Shown here: one piece after another, positions 10,872 through 21,135 of the stretch | Layout of the letters: the number at the start of each line of letters is the position of its first letter | How positions within the stretch are numbered: position 1 is the first letter of the stretch | NCBI GenBank assembly: GCA_964550405.1 | Contig: CAZJZD010000012.1 | Location: 754-64,753 of the forward strand | DNA length: 64,000 nt | Direction of reading: 5' to 3' | Source: an uncultured Hydrogenophaga sp. | Lineage (GTDB): Bacteria > Pseudomonadota > Gammaproteobacteria > Burkholderiales > Burkholderiaceae_C | Program-made: the position numbers and the translations under genes | The notes under the pieces: model-generated | Seen by the model: the letters and a program-made list of their open reading frames with translations, nothing else | Databases searched by the model: none | What the model was told of the DNA's origin: nothing

Positions 10872-12352
10872 AATCGCCTGCCCGTATCCTGGTCGTCGAA
10901 GACGAAAGCATCGTGGCCTTCAACCTGCAGCAGCGCCTGACCCACCTGGGTTACGACGTGCCGGCCATCGCCGTCTCCGGGCAGGAGTGCATGGATCAGG
11001 TGACCACCACACAGCCCGATCTGGTGCTGATGGACATCCACATTCAGGGCGACATGGATGGCATCGAGGTGGCGTCCCGGCTGCAGCGCGAACACACGGT
11101 GCCGGTGATCTACCTGACCGCCTACTCCGAAGACTCGACCCTGGAGCGCGCCCGCGAGACCCAGCCCTACGGCTACCTGCTCAAGCCCTTCTCCGAACGC
11201 GAGCTGCACGCCAGCATCCAGATGGCGCTGGAGCGCCACCGCCTGGGCAGCGCCCTGGAACACCATCGCCGCCTGCTGCAGCAGGCGCTGGACGCGGCGA
11301 GCCTGGGCATTCTGGAAGTGGACGGGCGCCGCTCCCTCATCACCACCACGGCCCGCTCGGCCGAACTGATCGGTACTCCCCCGGGCGCACCCCTGACGGT
11401 GGCGGAACTGCTCGCGCGCGTGCACGACAGCGAACGCGAGGTGCTGGCCCGCAACCTCGAACGCAGCCTGAAAGAACTGCAACAGTTCAGTCAGGAGTTC
11501 CGCCTGATGAGCGAAGGTACGGCGGAGCGCTGGATCAAGCTCGACGCGGCCGGCACCGCTGCACAGCACGTTGCAGGCGTGATGCAGGACGTGTCGGAAC
11601 GCAAGCTCGGTGAACAGCGGCTGCGCATGCTCAAGGACGGACTGGAGGAGTTGGTGGCCGAACGCACCGCCCAACTGCAGCAGAGCGTCAAGGAACTGGA
11701 AGCCTTCAGCTACTCCGTGGCGCACGACCTGCGCTCGCCGGTGCGGGCGGTGATCAGCATCAGCCAGGAACTTCAAGCACAGCCCGAACGGCTGCGCCCC
11801 GACGAACTGGCCATGCTCCAGAGCCTGACGACCTCCGCACGGCGCATGGGCGAACTCATCGACGCCCTGCTGAACATGGCACGCATGAACCAGGTGCCGA
11901 TGCAGCGCCGGGTGGTGGACCTGGGCCTGATGGCCCGCGAGATCGTCTCCGCGCTGTCGGAGGCGGACCCCAAGCGCCGCATCGAACTGAACGTGGCACC
12001 GAACCTCAAACCCATGGCCGATCCGGCCCTGGTGCGCAGCCTGCTGGACAACCTGATCGGCAACGCCTGGAAGTTCTCGGCGCGACGGGACATCACGCGC
12101 ATCGACATCGGCGCCCGGGAGGCCAACGGCGAAACCGTGTACTTCGTGCGGGACAACGGCTGCGGCTTCGACATGGCGGCGGCCGAACGCCTGTTCGGCC
12201 CGTTCCAGCGCCTGCACCGTGCCAGCGACTACGCAGGCACCGGCATCGGCCTGACCATCGTGCAACGCATCGTCATGCGCCACGGCGGACGGGTCTGGGC
12301 CTATTCGGAACCGGGCCTGGGGGCGGCCTTCCACTTCACGCTGGAAGGCTGA
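10868..12352 (+). CDS. Hybrid receiver-domain/histidine kinase
   Basis: ILVVEDE...DLVLMDI...LLKPF receiver; SVAHDLRSP H-box; NLIGNAWKF, DNGCGF, GTGIGL. Confidence 0.88.
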   Translation: MKSPARILVVEDESIVAFNLQQRLTHLGYDVPAIAVSGQECMDQVTTTQPDLVLMDIHIQGDMDGIEVASRLQREHTVPVIYLTAYSEDSTLERARETQPYGYLLKPFSERELHASIQMALERHRLGSALEHHRRLLQQALDAASLGILEVDGRRSLITTTARSAELIGTPPGAPLTVAELLARVHDSEREVLARNLERSLKELQQFSQEFRLMSEGTAERWIKLDAAGTAAQHVAGVMQDVSERKLGEQRLRMLKDGLEELVAERTAQLQQSVKELEAFSYSVAHDLRSPVRAVISISQELQAQPERLRPDELAMLQSLTTSARRMGELIDALLNMARMNQVPMQRRVVDLGLMAREIVSALSEADPKRRIELNVAPNLKPMADPALVRSLLDNLIGNAWKFSARRDITRIDIGAREANGETVYFVRDNGCGFDMAAAERLFGPFQRLHRASDYAGTGIGLTIVQRIVMRHGGRVWAYSEPGLGAAFHFTLEG

Positions 12353-12389
12353 ACCGGCGACGGCACGGAGCGTCACCCGATAATCGGGC

Positions 12390-13784
12390 ATGTCTTCTGC
12401 CCCCTCCGCCAGCTTCGGCACCCTTCCCCTCTCGCCCGCCACCCTGGCCAACCTGCAGCAGCTCGGCTACGAGCGCATGACGCCCATCCAGGCGGCCTGC
12501 CTGCCGCCCGCGCTGCTGGGCAAGGACCTGATCGCCCAGGCCCAGACCGGCAGCGGCAAGACCGCCGCCTTCGCCCTGGCCCTGCTGGCCAACCTCAACC
12601 CGCGCCGCTTCGCGGTGCAGACCCTGGTGCTCTGCCCCACGCGCGAGCTGGCCGACCAGGTCACCACCGAAATCCGGCGCCTGGCGCGCGCGGAAGACAA
12701 CGTCAAGGTTGTCACGCTCTGCGGCGGCGTACCGCTGCGCGGGCAACTGGCCACGCTGGAGCACGGCGCGCACATCGTCGTCGGCACGCCCGGCCGCCTC
12801 ATGGACCACCTGGAACGCGGCAGCCTGCAGCTGGAAGCGCTCAACACCCTGGTGCTGGACGAAGCCGACCGCATGCTCGACATGGGCTTCTTCGACGACA
12901 TCGTCAAGGTCGCCAGACAGTGCCCGAAGGAACGCCAGACCCTGCTGTTCTCGGCCACCTACCCGGAAGGCATCGCCAAGCTCGCAGCGCAGTTCATGCG
13001 CGACCCGCAGACCATTGCCGTGCAGGCCCAGCACAGCAGCGCGCAGATCGAGCAGCGCTGGTACGAGGTGAGCGAGAAGGAGCGCCTGCACGTGGTCAGC
13101 CAGCTGCTGCTGCACTTCCGCCCGGCCAGCACCATCGCCTTCTGCAACACCAAGGCCCAGTGCCGCGACCTGGTGGCCGTGCTGCAGGCCCAGGGCTTCT
13201 CCGCGCTGGCCCTGTTCGGTGAACTGGAGCAGCGCGAACGCGACCAGGTGCTGGTGCGTTTTGCCAACCGCAGCTGCAGCGTGCTGGTGGCGACCGACGT
13301 GGCCGCGCGCGGGCTGGACATCGCCAGTCTGGCCGCCGTCATCAACGTGGACGTGACCCCCGACCCCGAGGTGCACATCCACCGCATCGGCCGCACCGGC
13401 CGCGCCGGCGAAAGCGGGCTGGCGCTGAACCTGGCGAGCATGGACGAAATGGGCTATGTGGGCCGCATCGAACAGCTGCAGGGCCGCGAATCCGAATGGC
13501 ACCCGGTGAGCGAACTGGTGCCCGCCAGTGCCGAGCCGCTGCAGCCGCCCATGGCCACGCTGCACATCCAGGGCGGGCGCAAGGAAAAGATCCGCCCCGG
13601 CGACGTGCTGGGTGCGCTCACGGCCGACCTGGGTTACACCCGCGAACAGGTGGGCAAGATCAATGTCAACGAATGGTCCACCTACGTGGCGGTGGACCGC
13701 GCCATCGCGCAGCAGGTGGCCAGCCGGCTGGCCACCACCAAGGTCAAGGGCAAGAGCGTGAAGGTGCGCGTGCTGGAGGACTGA
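12390..13784 (+). CDS. dbpA: DEAD-box RNA helicase DbpA
   Basis: AQTGSGKT, PTRELA, DEAD, HRIGRTGRAG, C-terminal GGRKEKIRPGDVLGALT RNA-binding domain. Confidence 0.95.
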   Translation: MSSAPSASFGTLPLSPATLANLQQLGYERMTPIQAACLPPALLGKDLIAQAQTGSGKTAAFALALLANLNPRRFAVQTLVLCPTRELADQVTTEIRRLARAEDNVKVVTLCGGVPLRGQLATLEHGAHIVVGTPGRLMDHLERGSLQLEALNTLVLDEADRMLDMGFFDDIVKVARQCPKERQTLLFSATYPEGIAKLAAQFMRDPQTIAVQAQHSSAQIEQRWYEVSEKERLHVVSQLLLHFRPASTIAFCNTKAQCRDLVAVLQAQGFSALALFGELEQRERDQVLVRFANRSCSVLVATDVAARGLDIASLAAVINVDVTPDPEVHIHRIGRTGRAGESGLALNLASMDEMGYVGRIEQLQGRESEWHPVSELVPASAEPLQPPMATLHIQGGRKEKIRPGDVLGALTADLGYTREQVGKINVNEWSTYVAVDRAIAQQVASRLATTKVKGKSVKVRVLED

Positions 13785-13788
13785 GGAC

Positions 13789-15234
13789 ATGCGCGAGACC
13801 TGGACCCTTCGCCGCGTTCTGAAATGGACGCTCGGCAGCCTGGCCGTGCTGCTGCTGGGCGTGCCGGCGCTGCTGTACGCCGCCTTCCTGGGCATACAGG
13901 AGGCGAGCGAACGCGAATGGCTGGGGCGGGCACCGACACACGAGGCCATCGACGTGCGATCCCGCGACCCGCACACCCTGGCGCTGATGGACGTGGGGTT
14001 CGACTCGCTCGCCACGCGCCTGCGGCTGATCGAACAGGCCCGCGAATCCATCGAGCTGGAATTCTTCATCTACGAAATCGACACCGCCAGCCGGCTGGTG
14101 ACGCAGGCGCTGGCGCGCAAGGCGCGCGAGGGCGTGAAGGTACGGCTGCTGGTGGACTTCTCGCTGCCGGTGTTCAAGCTCGCACCGCACTACGCGGCCC
14201 AGCTGCAGGCCGCCGGTGTGGAAGTGCGCTACTACAACACCGCGGGGCTGGCGCGCTTCTTCGCCAGCAACCACCGCACCCACCGCAAGCTGCTGGTGGC
14301 CGACCGGCAGCGCGCCATCATCGGCGGCCGCAACATCGGCGACGACTACTTCGACCTCTCGACGCACTACAACTTCCTCGACAGCGACCTGCTCATCGAC
14401 GGCCCGGTGGCGGCCGCGATCGCCGACAGCTTCGACCTGTACTGGGACTCCGACTGGGTCGCCCGGCACCACGAGGTGGCGGGCGATACCGATACCACCT
14501 CACGCCCCGCCCTGCTGGGCCCGGCCACTCCGGACGAGCTGGCCCTGCTGACCGCGCTGCAACAGCACACGCCGCAGCACACCCCAAGCACCTGCCACGA
14601 CACCCACTTCGTGACCGATTACCCTGGCTCGGGCGTCGAGCGTCGCAAGGTCTACCCCGAACTCACCCGCCTGGCGCGGGAAGCGCGGCAGCAGATCCTG
14701 ATCGAAAGCCCCTACCTGGTGCTGCTCGACGACGGCCGCGCCGTGCTGCAGGCCCTGGCCGACCGCGGGGTGAAGCTGCAATTCCTCACCAACAGCCTGT
14801 ATTCGACCGACGCGTTCTACACCGTGGCCAGCCTGGCCAAGGGGCTGGACCAGCTGCAGCTGCCCGGGCTGGAGGTGTGGGCCTACGGTGGTCAGCCGCT
14901 GGCCGGCAGCGACCGGGCGCCGGCCTCGCAGCGCTGGGGCGTGCACGCCAAGCGCGCGGTGTTCGACGACCACACCATCGTCATCGGCACCTACAACATC
15001 GACCCACGATCGGCCAACCTGAACTCGGAGCTGATGGTGGTGTGCCGCGGCAACGCCGAGCTCGCCCGGCAGGTGCAGGCCAGCATCCGCTCGCGCATGG
15101 CCCAGTCGCGTGCGGTGGTGGGCACGGAGCGGCCCGGAGGCTTCGACGCCCTGGTGGAAGGGGCCGACAGCGACAGCCTGTTCAAGATGCGCGCCATCAC
15201 GCCCTTCACCCACCTGCTGGACATCCTGCTCTGA
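13789..15234 (+). CDS. Phospholipase D family protein (ClsC/YmdC-like)
   Basis: Two HKD motifs: HRKLLVAD...GGRNIG and HAKRAVFD...GTYNIDPRS; N-terminal TM. Confidence 0.85.
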   Translation: MRETWTLRRVLKWTLGSLAVLLLGVPALLYAAFLGIQEASEREWLGRAPTHEAIDVRSRDPHTLALMDVGFDSLATRLRLIEQARESIELEFFIYEIDTASRLVTQALARKAREGVKVRLLVDFSLPVFKLAPHYAAQLQAAGVEVRYYNTAGLARFFASNHRTHRKLLVADRQRAIIGGRNIGDDYFDLSTHYNFLDSDLLIDGPVAAAIADSFDLYWDSDWVARHHEVAGDTDTTSRPALLGPATPDELALLTALQQHTPQHTPSTCHDTHFVTDYPGSGVERRKVYPELTRLAREARQQILIESPYLVLLDDGRAVLQALADRGVKLQFLTNSLYSTDAFYTVASLAKGLDQLQLPGLEVWAYGGQPLAGSDRAPASQRWGVHAKRAVFDDHTIVIGTYNIDPRSANLNSELMVVCRGNAELARQVQASIRSRMAQSRAVVGTERPGGFDALVEGADSDSLFKMRAITPFTHLLDILL

Positions 15235-15244
15235 ACGCGGCGCC

Positions 15245-16441
15245 TCAGGCTGCCACGGCGCCGAAGCGCCGCATCAGGTCGGCCTGCACCTGCGCCGGTG
15301 ACAGGGCTTTGTCCGCGTTCTCGACCGCGTAGGCCGTCGCGGCGGCTTCGTCGGGCCTGAACTTCAGGTAAAGACGTCGCAGCTGGTCCTGGTCGCAAGC
15401 GCCCAGCTCCACGCGCTCGTCGATGCGGCCGGCGCGGATCAGGGCCGGGTCCAGCTGTTCGGCGTGGTTGGTGGTCATGAACAGCACATTGCCTTCCTGC
15501 GTGGCCACGCCGTCCAGCGCGTTGAGGAAGCCCGAGAACGACAACCGCACCTGCGCGTGCGCGGCATCGCGCTGGCGGAAGAAGGCATCCACGTCTTCGA
15601 TCAGCAGCAGCGAGCGCTGCGGCACCGCCGCCAGCAGGGTGTGGATCTTCTCGTCGGTCACCACCGGAGAGGCCAGGCTGAGCGTGCAGACGTTCAGGTG
15701 CAGCTCGGACGCCAGCGCGGTGACCAGCGAGGTCTTGCCGGTGCCGGGCGGACCATAGAGCAGGTAGCCGCGCCGCCAGGGGATGCCCAGTTCGGCGTAG
15801 CGCTCGCGCGCACCGTAGAAGCGCTGCAGGTCGCCCAGCAGGGCCTCGGCCTGGCCGGCCTTGAGCACCACCGACGACAGCGGCCGGCGCGAGCCCAGGC
15901 GGGCGCGCATCCAATCGCCGCCGTGAAAGGGGTTGGGGATGTAGACCGACAGCGTGTCGCTCTCGCGGCTGGCGCGCGCAGCGATGGCCTGCTGCAGGAA
16001 GGCCGACAACCACTCGCCCGAGCGCCCGAAGTGCGACAGGCTGATGCGCTCGAACACGCTCTGGCCCACCTGCAGTTCGCGCCGCATCCACACCAGGCGG
16101 CCTTCGACCCAGAGGATGTGCAGGCCCTCGCCGGGCGAGAGAAAGGCGCGCGGCGCCTGGCCGGCGCGCAGGTCTTCCTCCAGGCTCTGGTAGGCCGTGC
16201 CCTGGCGCACGCTGCGCGCGGTGAACTGGTTGACCTGGCGCAGCGAGGGGTGGGCGTCCATGTACTCGACCAGGGCCGAGAACAGGAACTCGTCGCGCGA
16301 ATCGACCGTGAGGGTGGAGATGACGAAACGCCGCAGCCAGGAGACGATCAGGCCGGGCACGTCGCGCAGCCAGAAGGCCAGGGCACCGGCCGCGGCGAGC
16401 AGCGCGGCCTGGGCGGCGGGGGTTTGCAGCAGGGCGTCCAT
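15245..16441 (-). CDS. BCS1-like AAA ATPase
   Basis: N-terminal TM; GIPWRRGYLLYGPPGTGKTS; LIEDVD; FSGFLNALDGVA; MTTNH; DPALIRAGRID. Confidence 0.85.
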   Translation of the reverse strand: MDALLQTPAAQAALLAAAGALAFWLRDVPGLIVSWLRRFVISTLTVDSRDEFLFSALVEYMDAHPSLRQVNQFTARSVRQGTAYQSLEEDLRAGQAPRAFLSPGEGLHILWVEGRLVWMRRELQVGQSVFERISLSHFGRSGEWLSAFLQQAIAARASRESDTLSVYIPNPFHGGDWMRARLGSRRPLSSVVLKAGQAEALLGDLQRFYGARERYAELGIPWRRGYLLYGPPGTGKTSLVTALASELHLNVCTLSLASPVVTDEKIHTLLAAVPQRSLLLIEDVDAFFRQRDAAHAQVRLSFSGFLNALDGVATQEGNVLFMTTNHAEQLDPALIRAGRIDERVELGACDQDQLRRLYLKFRPDEAAATAYAVENADKALSPAQVQADLMRRFGAVAA

Positions 16442-16471
16442 GGCGGACGTTATACCGCCAGCGCCGGACGG

Positions 16472-17392
16472 TCAGCCGCGCGGGTGGTGCTGCGCCACGA
16501 TGGCCTTGAGCCGTTCGCGCGCCACGTGGGTGTAGATGGTGGTGGTGGAGATGTCGGCATGGCCCAGCAGCATCTGCACCGCGCGCAGGTCGGCGCCGTG
16601 GTTGAGCAGGTGGGTGGCAAAGGCGTGGCGCAGCGTGTGCGGCGACAGCGGTGCGGTGATACCGGCCTGCCGGGCGTATTTCTTGACCAGGTTCCAGAAC
16701 ATCACGCGGCCCATGGCTTCCCCCGCGCGCGATCCGCGTGCGGTGACGAACAGGTCCTCGCTCTGCTGCCCGGCCAGGATCTGCGGCCGGCCTTCGTGCA
16801 GGTAGCGCTGCAGCCAGTGGCCCGCCACCTGGCCGAAGGGCACCAGCCGTTCCTTGTTGCCCTTGCCGGTGATGCGCAGCACCTGCTCGTTCAGGCCGAC
16901 GTTGAACGTCCGCATGGTCACCAGCTCGCTCACGCGCAGGCCGCTGGCGTACATCAGTTCCAGCATGGCGCGGTCGCGCAGGCCCAGCGGCGTGCCGGTG
17001 TCGGGGGCGTTCAGCAGCGCCTCGACCTGCGCCTCGCTCAGGGTCTTGGGCACACGCAGCGGCTGGCGGGCGGCCATCAGGCGCAGGGTCGGGTCGGCGG
17101 TGATCAGGCGTTCGCGCAGCGCCCAGCGGAAGTAGCGTTTGAACACCGTCAGCCGGCGGTTGGCGGTGGTGGCGCGGGTCTGCTCGTGGCGGGCGGCGAA
17201 ATAGCCGTTGATGTGGGCCTCGGTCGCTTCCTGCAGCAGCACGCCCTGCCCGGCCAGCCACTGACCGAACAGGACCAGGTCGCGCCGGTAGGCGTCCAGC
17301 GTGTTGCGCGAAAGGCCTTCTTCGAGCCAGAGCGCGTCGATGAAGGCCCCGGCGCCGGCCTCGCTGGCCGCGACCAGGGCCTGCTCGTTCAT
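16472..17392 (-). CDS. xerD: Site-specific tyrosine recombinase XerD
   Basis: WLEEGLSRNTLDAYRRD, LMYASGLRVSEL, GKGNKERLVP, SPHTLRHAFATHLLNHGADLR, TTTIYTHV. Confidence 0.95.
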   Translation of the reverse strand: MNEQALVAASEAGAGAFIDALWLEEGLSRNTLDAYRRDLVLFGQWLAGQGVLLQEATEAHINGYFAARHEQTRATTANRRLTVFKRYFRWALRERLITADPTLRLMAARQPLRVPKTLSEAQVEALLNAPDTGTPLGLRDRAMLELMYASGLRVSELVTMRTFNVGLNEQVLRITGKGNKERLVPFGQVAGHWLQRYLHEGRPQILAGQQSEDLFVTARGSRAGEAMGRVMFWNLVKKYARQAGITAPLSPHTLRHAFATHLLNHGADLRAVQMLLGHADISTTTIYTHVARERLKAIVAQHHPRG

Positions 17393-18366
17393 TGCAGGCT
17401 GAGCTTCTGCTTGGCCACCACCTGCTTGTAGACCTCGAATTCGGCCTTGATCTGGGCGCTGAACTGCTCGGGCGTGTTGGCCACGATCAGCGAGCCGGTG
17501 TCCTCGATGCGCTTGCGGATGGCCGGGTCTTTCAGGGCCTGGGCGGTCGCGTTGTGAACCTTGTCCACCACGTCCTTGGGCAGCCCCTTGGGCCCGATCA
17601 GGCCGTAGTAGGCCATGCGGTTGACCGGCTCCAGCCCCACGTCCTTGAAGGTCGGCACGTCGGGCAGCACCGCCAGGCGCTCGGGCGCGGCCACCACGAT
17701 GGGCACCAGCCGGCCCGCCTTGATGTGCGGCAGCGCAGAGGGCAGGTTGTCAAAGATGATGGGGACCTGGCCACCCACCGTGTCGTTGAGCGCCGGGCCG
17801 GCGCCGCGATAGGGAATGTGGGTGATGAAGGTGCCGGTCAGGCTCTTGAACAGCTCGGTCTGCAGGTGACCGATGCCGCCAGTGCCCGAACTGGCGTAGC
17901 TGTACCTGCCGGGGTTCTTCTTCAGCTCGGCCAGGAAACCCTTGAAGTCCTTGGCCGGGAAGCTGGGGTGCACCGCGATCACATTGGGCGTGGCCGCGAT
18001 GTTGATGATGGGCGTGAAATCGGTGAGCGTGTCGTACGGAATCTTCGGGTTGATGGCCGGGTTGGCGGCTGTCGTCGAAACCGTGGCCATGCCCAGGATG
18101 TGCCCATCCGGCACGGCACGCGCCAGCTCCTGGGCCCCCACCACGCCGCCGCCACCGGCCTTGTTCTCCACCACCACGCTCTGGCCCAGGGCCTTGCCCA
18201 GCGGTTCGGACATGACACGGGCAATGATGTCGGTGGTACCACCGGGCGCAAACGGCACCTGCAGGCGGACCACCTTGCTGGGGTAGGTCTGGGCCATCAC
18301 GGATGCACTGCCGGCCAGCGCGGTGGCGGCCAGACCGAGCACGGTCAACTGACGACGGTTGAGCAT
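17389..18366 (-). CDS. Bug/TctC-family periplasmic binding protein
   Basis: PFAPGGTTD, VENKAGGGG, YASSGTG, HIPYRGAGPA, LPDVPT; start at MLNRRQ. Confidence 0.92.
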   Translation of the reverse strand: MLNRRQLTVLGLAATALAGSASVMAQTYPSKVVRLQVPFAPGGTTDIIARVMSEPLGKALGQSVVVENKAGGGGVVGAQELARAVPDGHILGMATVSTTAANPAINPKIPYDTLTDFTPIINIAATPNVIAVHPSFPAKDFKGFLAELKKNPGRYSYASSGTGGIGHLQTELFKSLTGTFITHIPYRGAGPALNDTVGGQVPIIFDNLPSALPHIKAGRLVPIVVAAPERLAVLPDVPTFKDVGLEPVNRMAYYGLIGPKGLPKDVVDKVHNATAQALKDPAIRKRIEDTGSLIVANTPEQFSAQIKAEFEVYKQVVAKQKLSLQ

Positions 18367-18523
18367 GAAGCAACTCCGGTTGTTGAACAAAACGATAGCA
18401 GCCGGCATGTTATCCGGCGCCGCTTGCGCCCGACTGTAGAACGCCCCCCTGAAGGCCGCCATGGGGACACTACATAAGGGGAAACCCCGGGTTTTTGGCA
18501 CCTGCTGCGGCTATCCTCGCGAC

Positions 18524-19432
18524 GTGAACTACGCACAACTGCTGTTTCCCGACTTCTCCCTGATCCTCATCGGCCACCTGCTGTGCCGCTTCACCGCGCT
18601 CGACCGCCGGGTCTGGGGACCGATCGAAAGCCTGGTCTATTACTTCCTGTTCCCGGTGCTGCTGTTCCACAGCATCGTGCGCAACCCGCTGGACTTGCAG
18701 GCCACCTCCTCGCTCATGGTCGCCGGCTTCACGCTGGGCCTGGGCGGCATTGCTCTGGCCTATTCGCTGCCGCACTGGCCCTGGCTGGGCCGCCACATGG
18801 ACCGGCGCCTGCACGCCGCCAGCGCGCAGATCGGCTTTCGCTTCAACTCCTTCATCGCCCTGGCGCTGGCGGCCAAGCTGGCCGGTCCGCAGGGCCTGCA
18901 ACTGATCGCGGTGATCATCGGCGTCTGCGTGCCGCTGTTCAACGTCGGTGCGGTCTGGCCCATGGCGCACCACGCGGGCAAGGGCTTCGGCCGCGAGCTG
19001 CTGCGCAACCCGCTGATCATCGGTACCGCCAGCGGTCTGGTGGCCAACCTGCTGGGCTTTTCCATGCCCGGCTGGCTCGAACCCACGGTCAGCCGCATCG
19101 GCCAGTCGTCACTGGCGCTGGGCCTGATGGCCGCCGGTGCCGGCATGCAGCTGGGCAGTCTGCAGGCGGCCAAGGCGCTGGGGGTGTCGGTGCTGGCGAT
19201 CAAGCACCTGGGCATGCCCGTCATGGCCTGGGGCATCGCACAGCTGCTCGGGCTGGACCCGACACAGACCACCGTGCTGCTGATGTTCTCGGCCGTGCCC
19301 ACCGCGTCCAGCTGCTACGTGCTGGCCGCCCGCATGGGCTACAACGGAGCCTATGTGGCCGGGCTGGTCACCCTGTCCACCCTGCTGGGCATGGTCAGCC
19401 TGCCGTTTGCGCTGGGGGTGCTCGGCGGCTGA
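18524..19432 (+). CDS. AEC-family (auxin efflux carrier) transporter
   Basis: LVYYFLFPVLLF, GFRFNSFI, PTASSCYVLA; about ten hydrophobic segments; GTG start inferred. Confidence 0.85.
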   Translation: MNYAQLLFPDFSLILIGHLLCRFTALDRRVWGPIESLVYYFLFPVLLFHSIVRNPLDLQATSSLMVAGFTLGLGGIALAYSLPHWPWLGRHMDRRLHAASAQIGFRFNSFIALALAAKLAGPQGLQLIAVIIGVCVPLFNVGAVWPMAHHAGKGFGRELLRNPLIIGTASGLVANLLGFSMPGWLEPTVSRIGQSSLALGLMAAGAGMQLGSLQAAKALGVSVLAIKHLGMPVMAWGIAQLLGLDPTQTTVLLMFSAVPTASSCYVLAARMGYNGAYVAGLVTLSTLLGMVSLPFALGVLGG

Positions 19433-19438
19433 AGCCGT

Positions 19439-20095
19439 TCAGCGAGCCGGCGGCACCACCAGATCGATCCGCCGCTGAATCCGCGCCCCCTCGTCGGCCG
19501 CGCCCGCCGCCTGAGCACGCGCCTGCTGCACCTTGAGCCAGGCCAGCAGGGGCCGGCGCCAGCCCTGGGCCGAGGCGGTCTCCACCGCCTGTGAGATGAC
19601 GCCCGGGGTGGTCTGGCTGCGCTGGAACAGCGCGCCCGCAGCCACCAGACGCGAGAGCGGGTCGGCGATGGCGGCCAGCGCCGCGTCGGGGGCGGCCGAA
19701 CCGGCTGCCAACGGACGGTGTGCCTTGGGCAGCAGCGCGGCATCGGCGGCGGTGGAACGGCCGGCGAGGTAACGCGCGTAGGCCTGCTCCGCCGGCGCGG
19801 CATCGGCGGCCAGCGCCTCGAAGCCCACGCAGGGTTCCACATACAGTGCCGCCACGCGCGCCGCGCAGCGCAGCAGTTCCACCCGCGCGGCCAGATCGGG
19901 CCGGCCGGTGGTGGCCACCTCGCGACGGGCGCGCGCGAACTCGGCCGCCTCCACCCGCTGGTCACCTGTGAGCCACGCCTGGGTGGCACGCTCGGCGCTG
20001 GCCTTGGCGTTCATCTGCCAGTCGGGGGCGGGCGGGGTGTTGCCGCAGGCCGTCAGTGCACCCGCCACCATCAAGGAGAACAGATGCTTCTTCAT
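19439..20095 (-). CDS. Putative lipoprotein in MCE operon
   Basis: Lipobox LTAC (MKKHLFSLMVAGALTACG); ATGA overlap with MlaD-like gene. Confidence 0.75.
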   Translation of the reverse strand: MKKHLFSLMVAGALTACGNTPPAPDWQMNAKASAERATQAWLTGDQRVEAAEFARARREVATTGRPDLAARVELLRCAARVAALYVEPCVGFEALAADAAPAEQAYARYLAGRSTAADAALLPKAHRPLAAGSAAPDAALAAIADPLSRLVAAGALFQRSQTTPGVISQAVETASAQGWRRPLLAWLKVQQARAQAAGAADEGARIQRRIDLVVPPAR

Positions 20096-21111
20096 GGAAG
20101 TGTTATCTCCGTCTCGCGTTTGAACGGCCACTTGCGGTTGATCTCGTTGACCAGGCCGTCCACCTTGCGCAGACTGGATTCGACCTCGCCGCGCAGCAGG
20201 TCCAAGTCGGTGGTGGCTTCCTTGGTGTTGGCCGCGATGCCCTGGGCTTCGACCAGCACGGCGTCCACCTTCTGCAGGCTGCCGCGCGCATCGGCCAGCA
20301 GGGCGTTGAGCTGCTGCACGGTGGCACGCGCGTCACCCACCAGCCCGCCCTGCGCCGTGCCGCCCGGCCCGGCGCCGGCACCGAACACCTGCCGGTCGGC
20401 GTTGGCCACCAGCCCGTCGAGTCGCGTGGCCAGCTGGTCGGCCCGCGCCAGCAGGGCGTTGGCGCGTTCGATGGTCTGCACCAGCTTCTTCGCGTCGGCC
20501 TCGTTGCCCATCAGCGTGCCCAGCATGCCTTGCGGGCCGTTCATGCGGCCGGTCAGGGTCTGCACATTGCCCAGGGTGCCCGCCAGCGCAGCGTCGCTCT
20601 GGGTCAGCGCGGCGAGGTTGTCGGTCAGCTCACGCACCGAGGCCATGAGCTTGGGGATTTCGGCCGCGGTGTCGCCGCGCAGGGCCGTGCGCTCGGCGCC
20701 ATCGGGCAGCGGCGGATCGGTCAGCACACCACTGAAGGCCCGGATGCGCGTGCCGCCCACCAGACCACGCTCCATGGTGAAGATGCTGCTTTCGCGCAGC
20801 CAGCGCGCGTCCTTCTTGGGCACGTCGATCAGGATGCGTGCGTTGCCGTCCTCGCCCAGTTCGATGCGCGCCACGCGACCGATGGCAAAACCCGCAAAGG
20901 TCATGTCCATGCCGACCACCACGCCCTCGGAGTCGTCGGCGATCAGCACCAGGCGCTGGGTGCGTTCGAAGGCGCCGCGCGCGTAGAGCACGTACAGCGC
21001 CGAGCCGACCACCAGGACCAGCATGAGCAACAGCAGCAGCGCGGCCTTGAGCTCCAGGTTCTTGACCGGGGGCGGATCGGGCAGCGGATTGGACGGGTTC
21101 ACGGTGGCCAT
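20092..21111 (-). CDS. MlaD/MCE-domain protein with long helical C-terminus
   Basis: TM then GVVVGMDMTFAGFAIGRV MCE domain; heptad-like helices. Confidence 0.85.
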   Translation of the reverse strand: MATVNPSNPLPDPPPVKNLELKAALLLLLMLVLVVGSALYVLYARGAFERTQRLVLIADDSEGVVVGMDMTFAGFAIGRVARIELGEDGNARILIDVPKKDARWLRESSIFTMERGLVGGTRIRAFSGVLTDPPLPDGAERTALRGDTAAEIPKLMASVRELTDNLAALTQSDAALAGTLGNVQTLTGRMNGPQGMLGTLMGNEADAKKLVQTIERANALLARADQLATRLDGLVANADRQVFGAGAGPGGTAQGGLVGDARATVQQLNALLADARGSLQKVDAVLVEAQGIAANTKEATTDLDLLRGEVESSLRKVDGLVNEINRKWPFKRETEITLP

Positions 21112-21135
21112 GGAAGCAGATCGGTGCGAATCGAC

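Noticed and set aside
16472-17392. Tyrosine recombinase as an island integrase
   Set aside because: Motifs fit housekeeping XerD and it lies about 19 kb from the island
14991-17431. Long plus-strand ORFs 14991-17261 and 15464-17431
   Set aside because: Shadows of the BCS1-like gene and xerD; low-complexity Arg/Ala/Gly sequence
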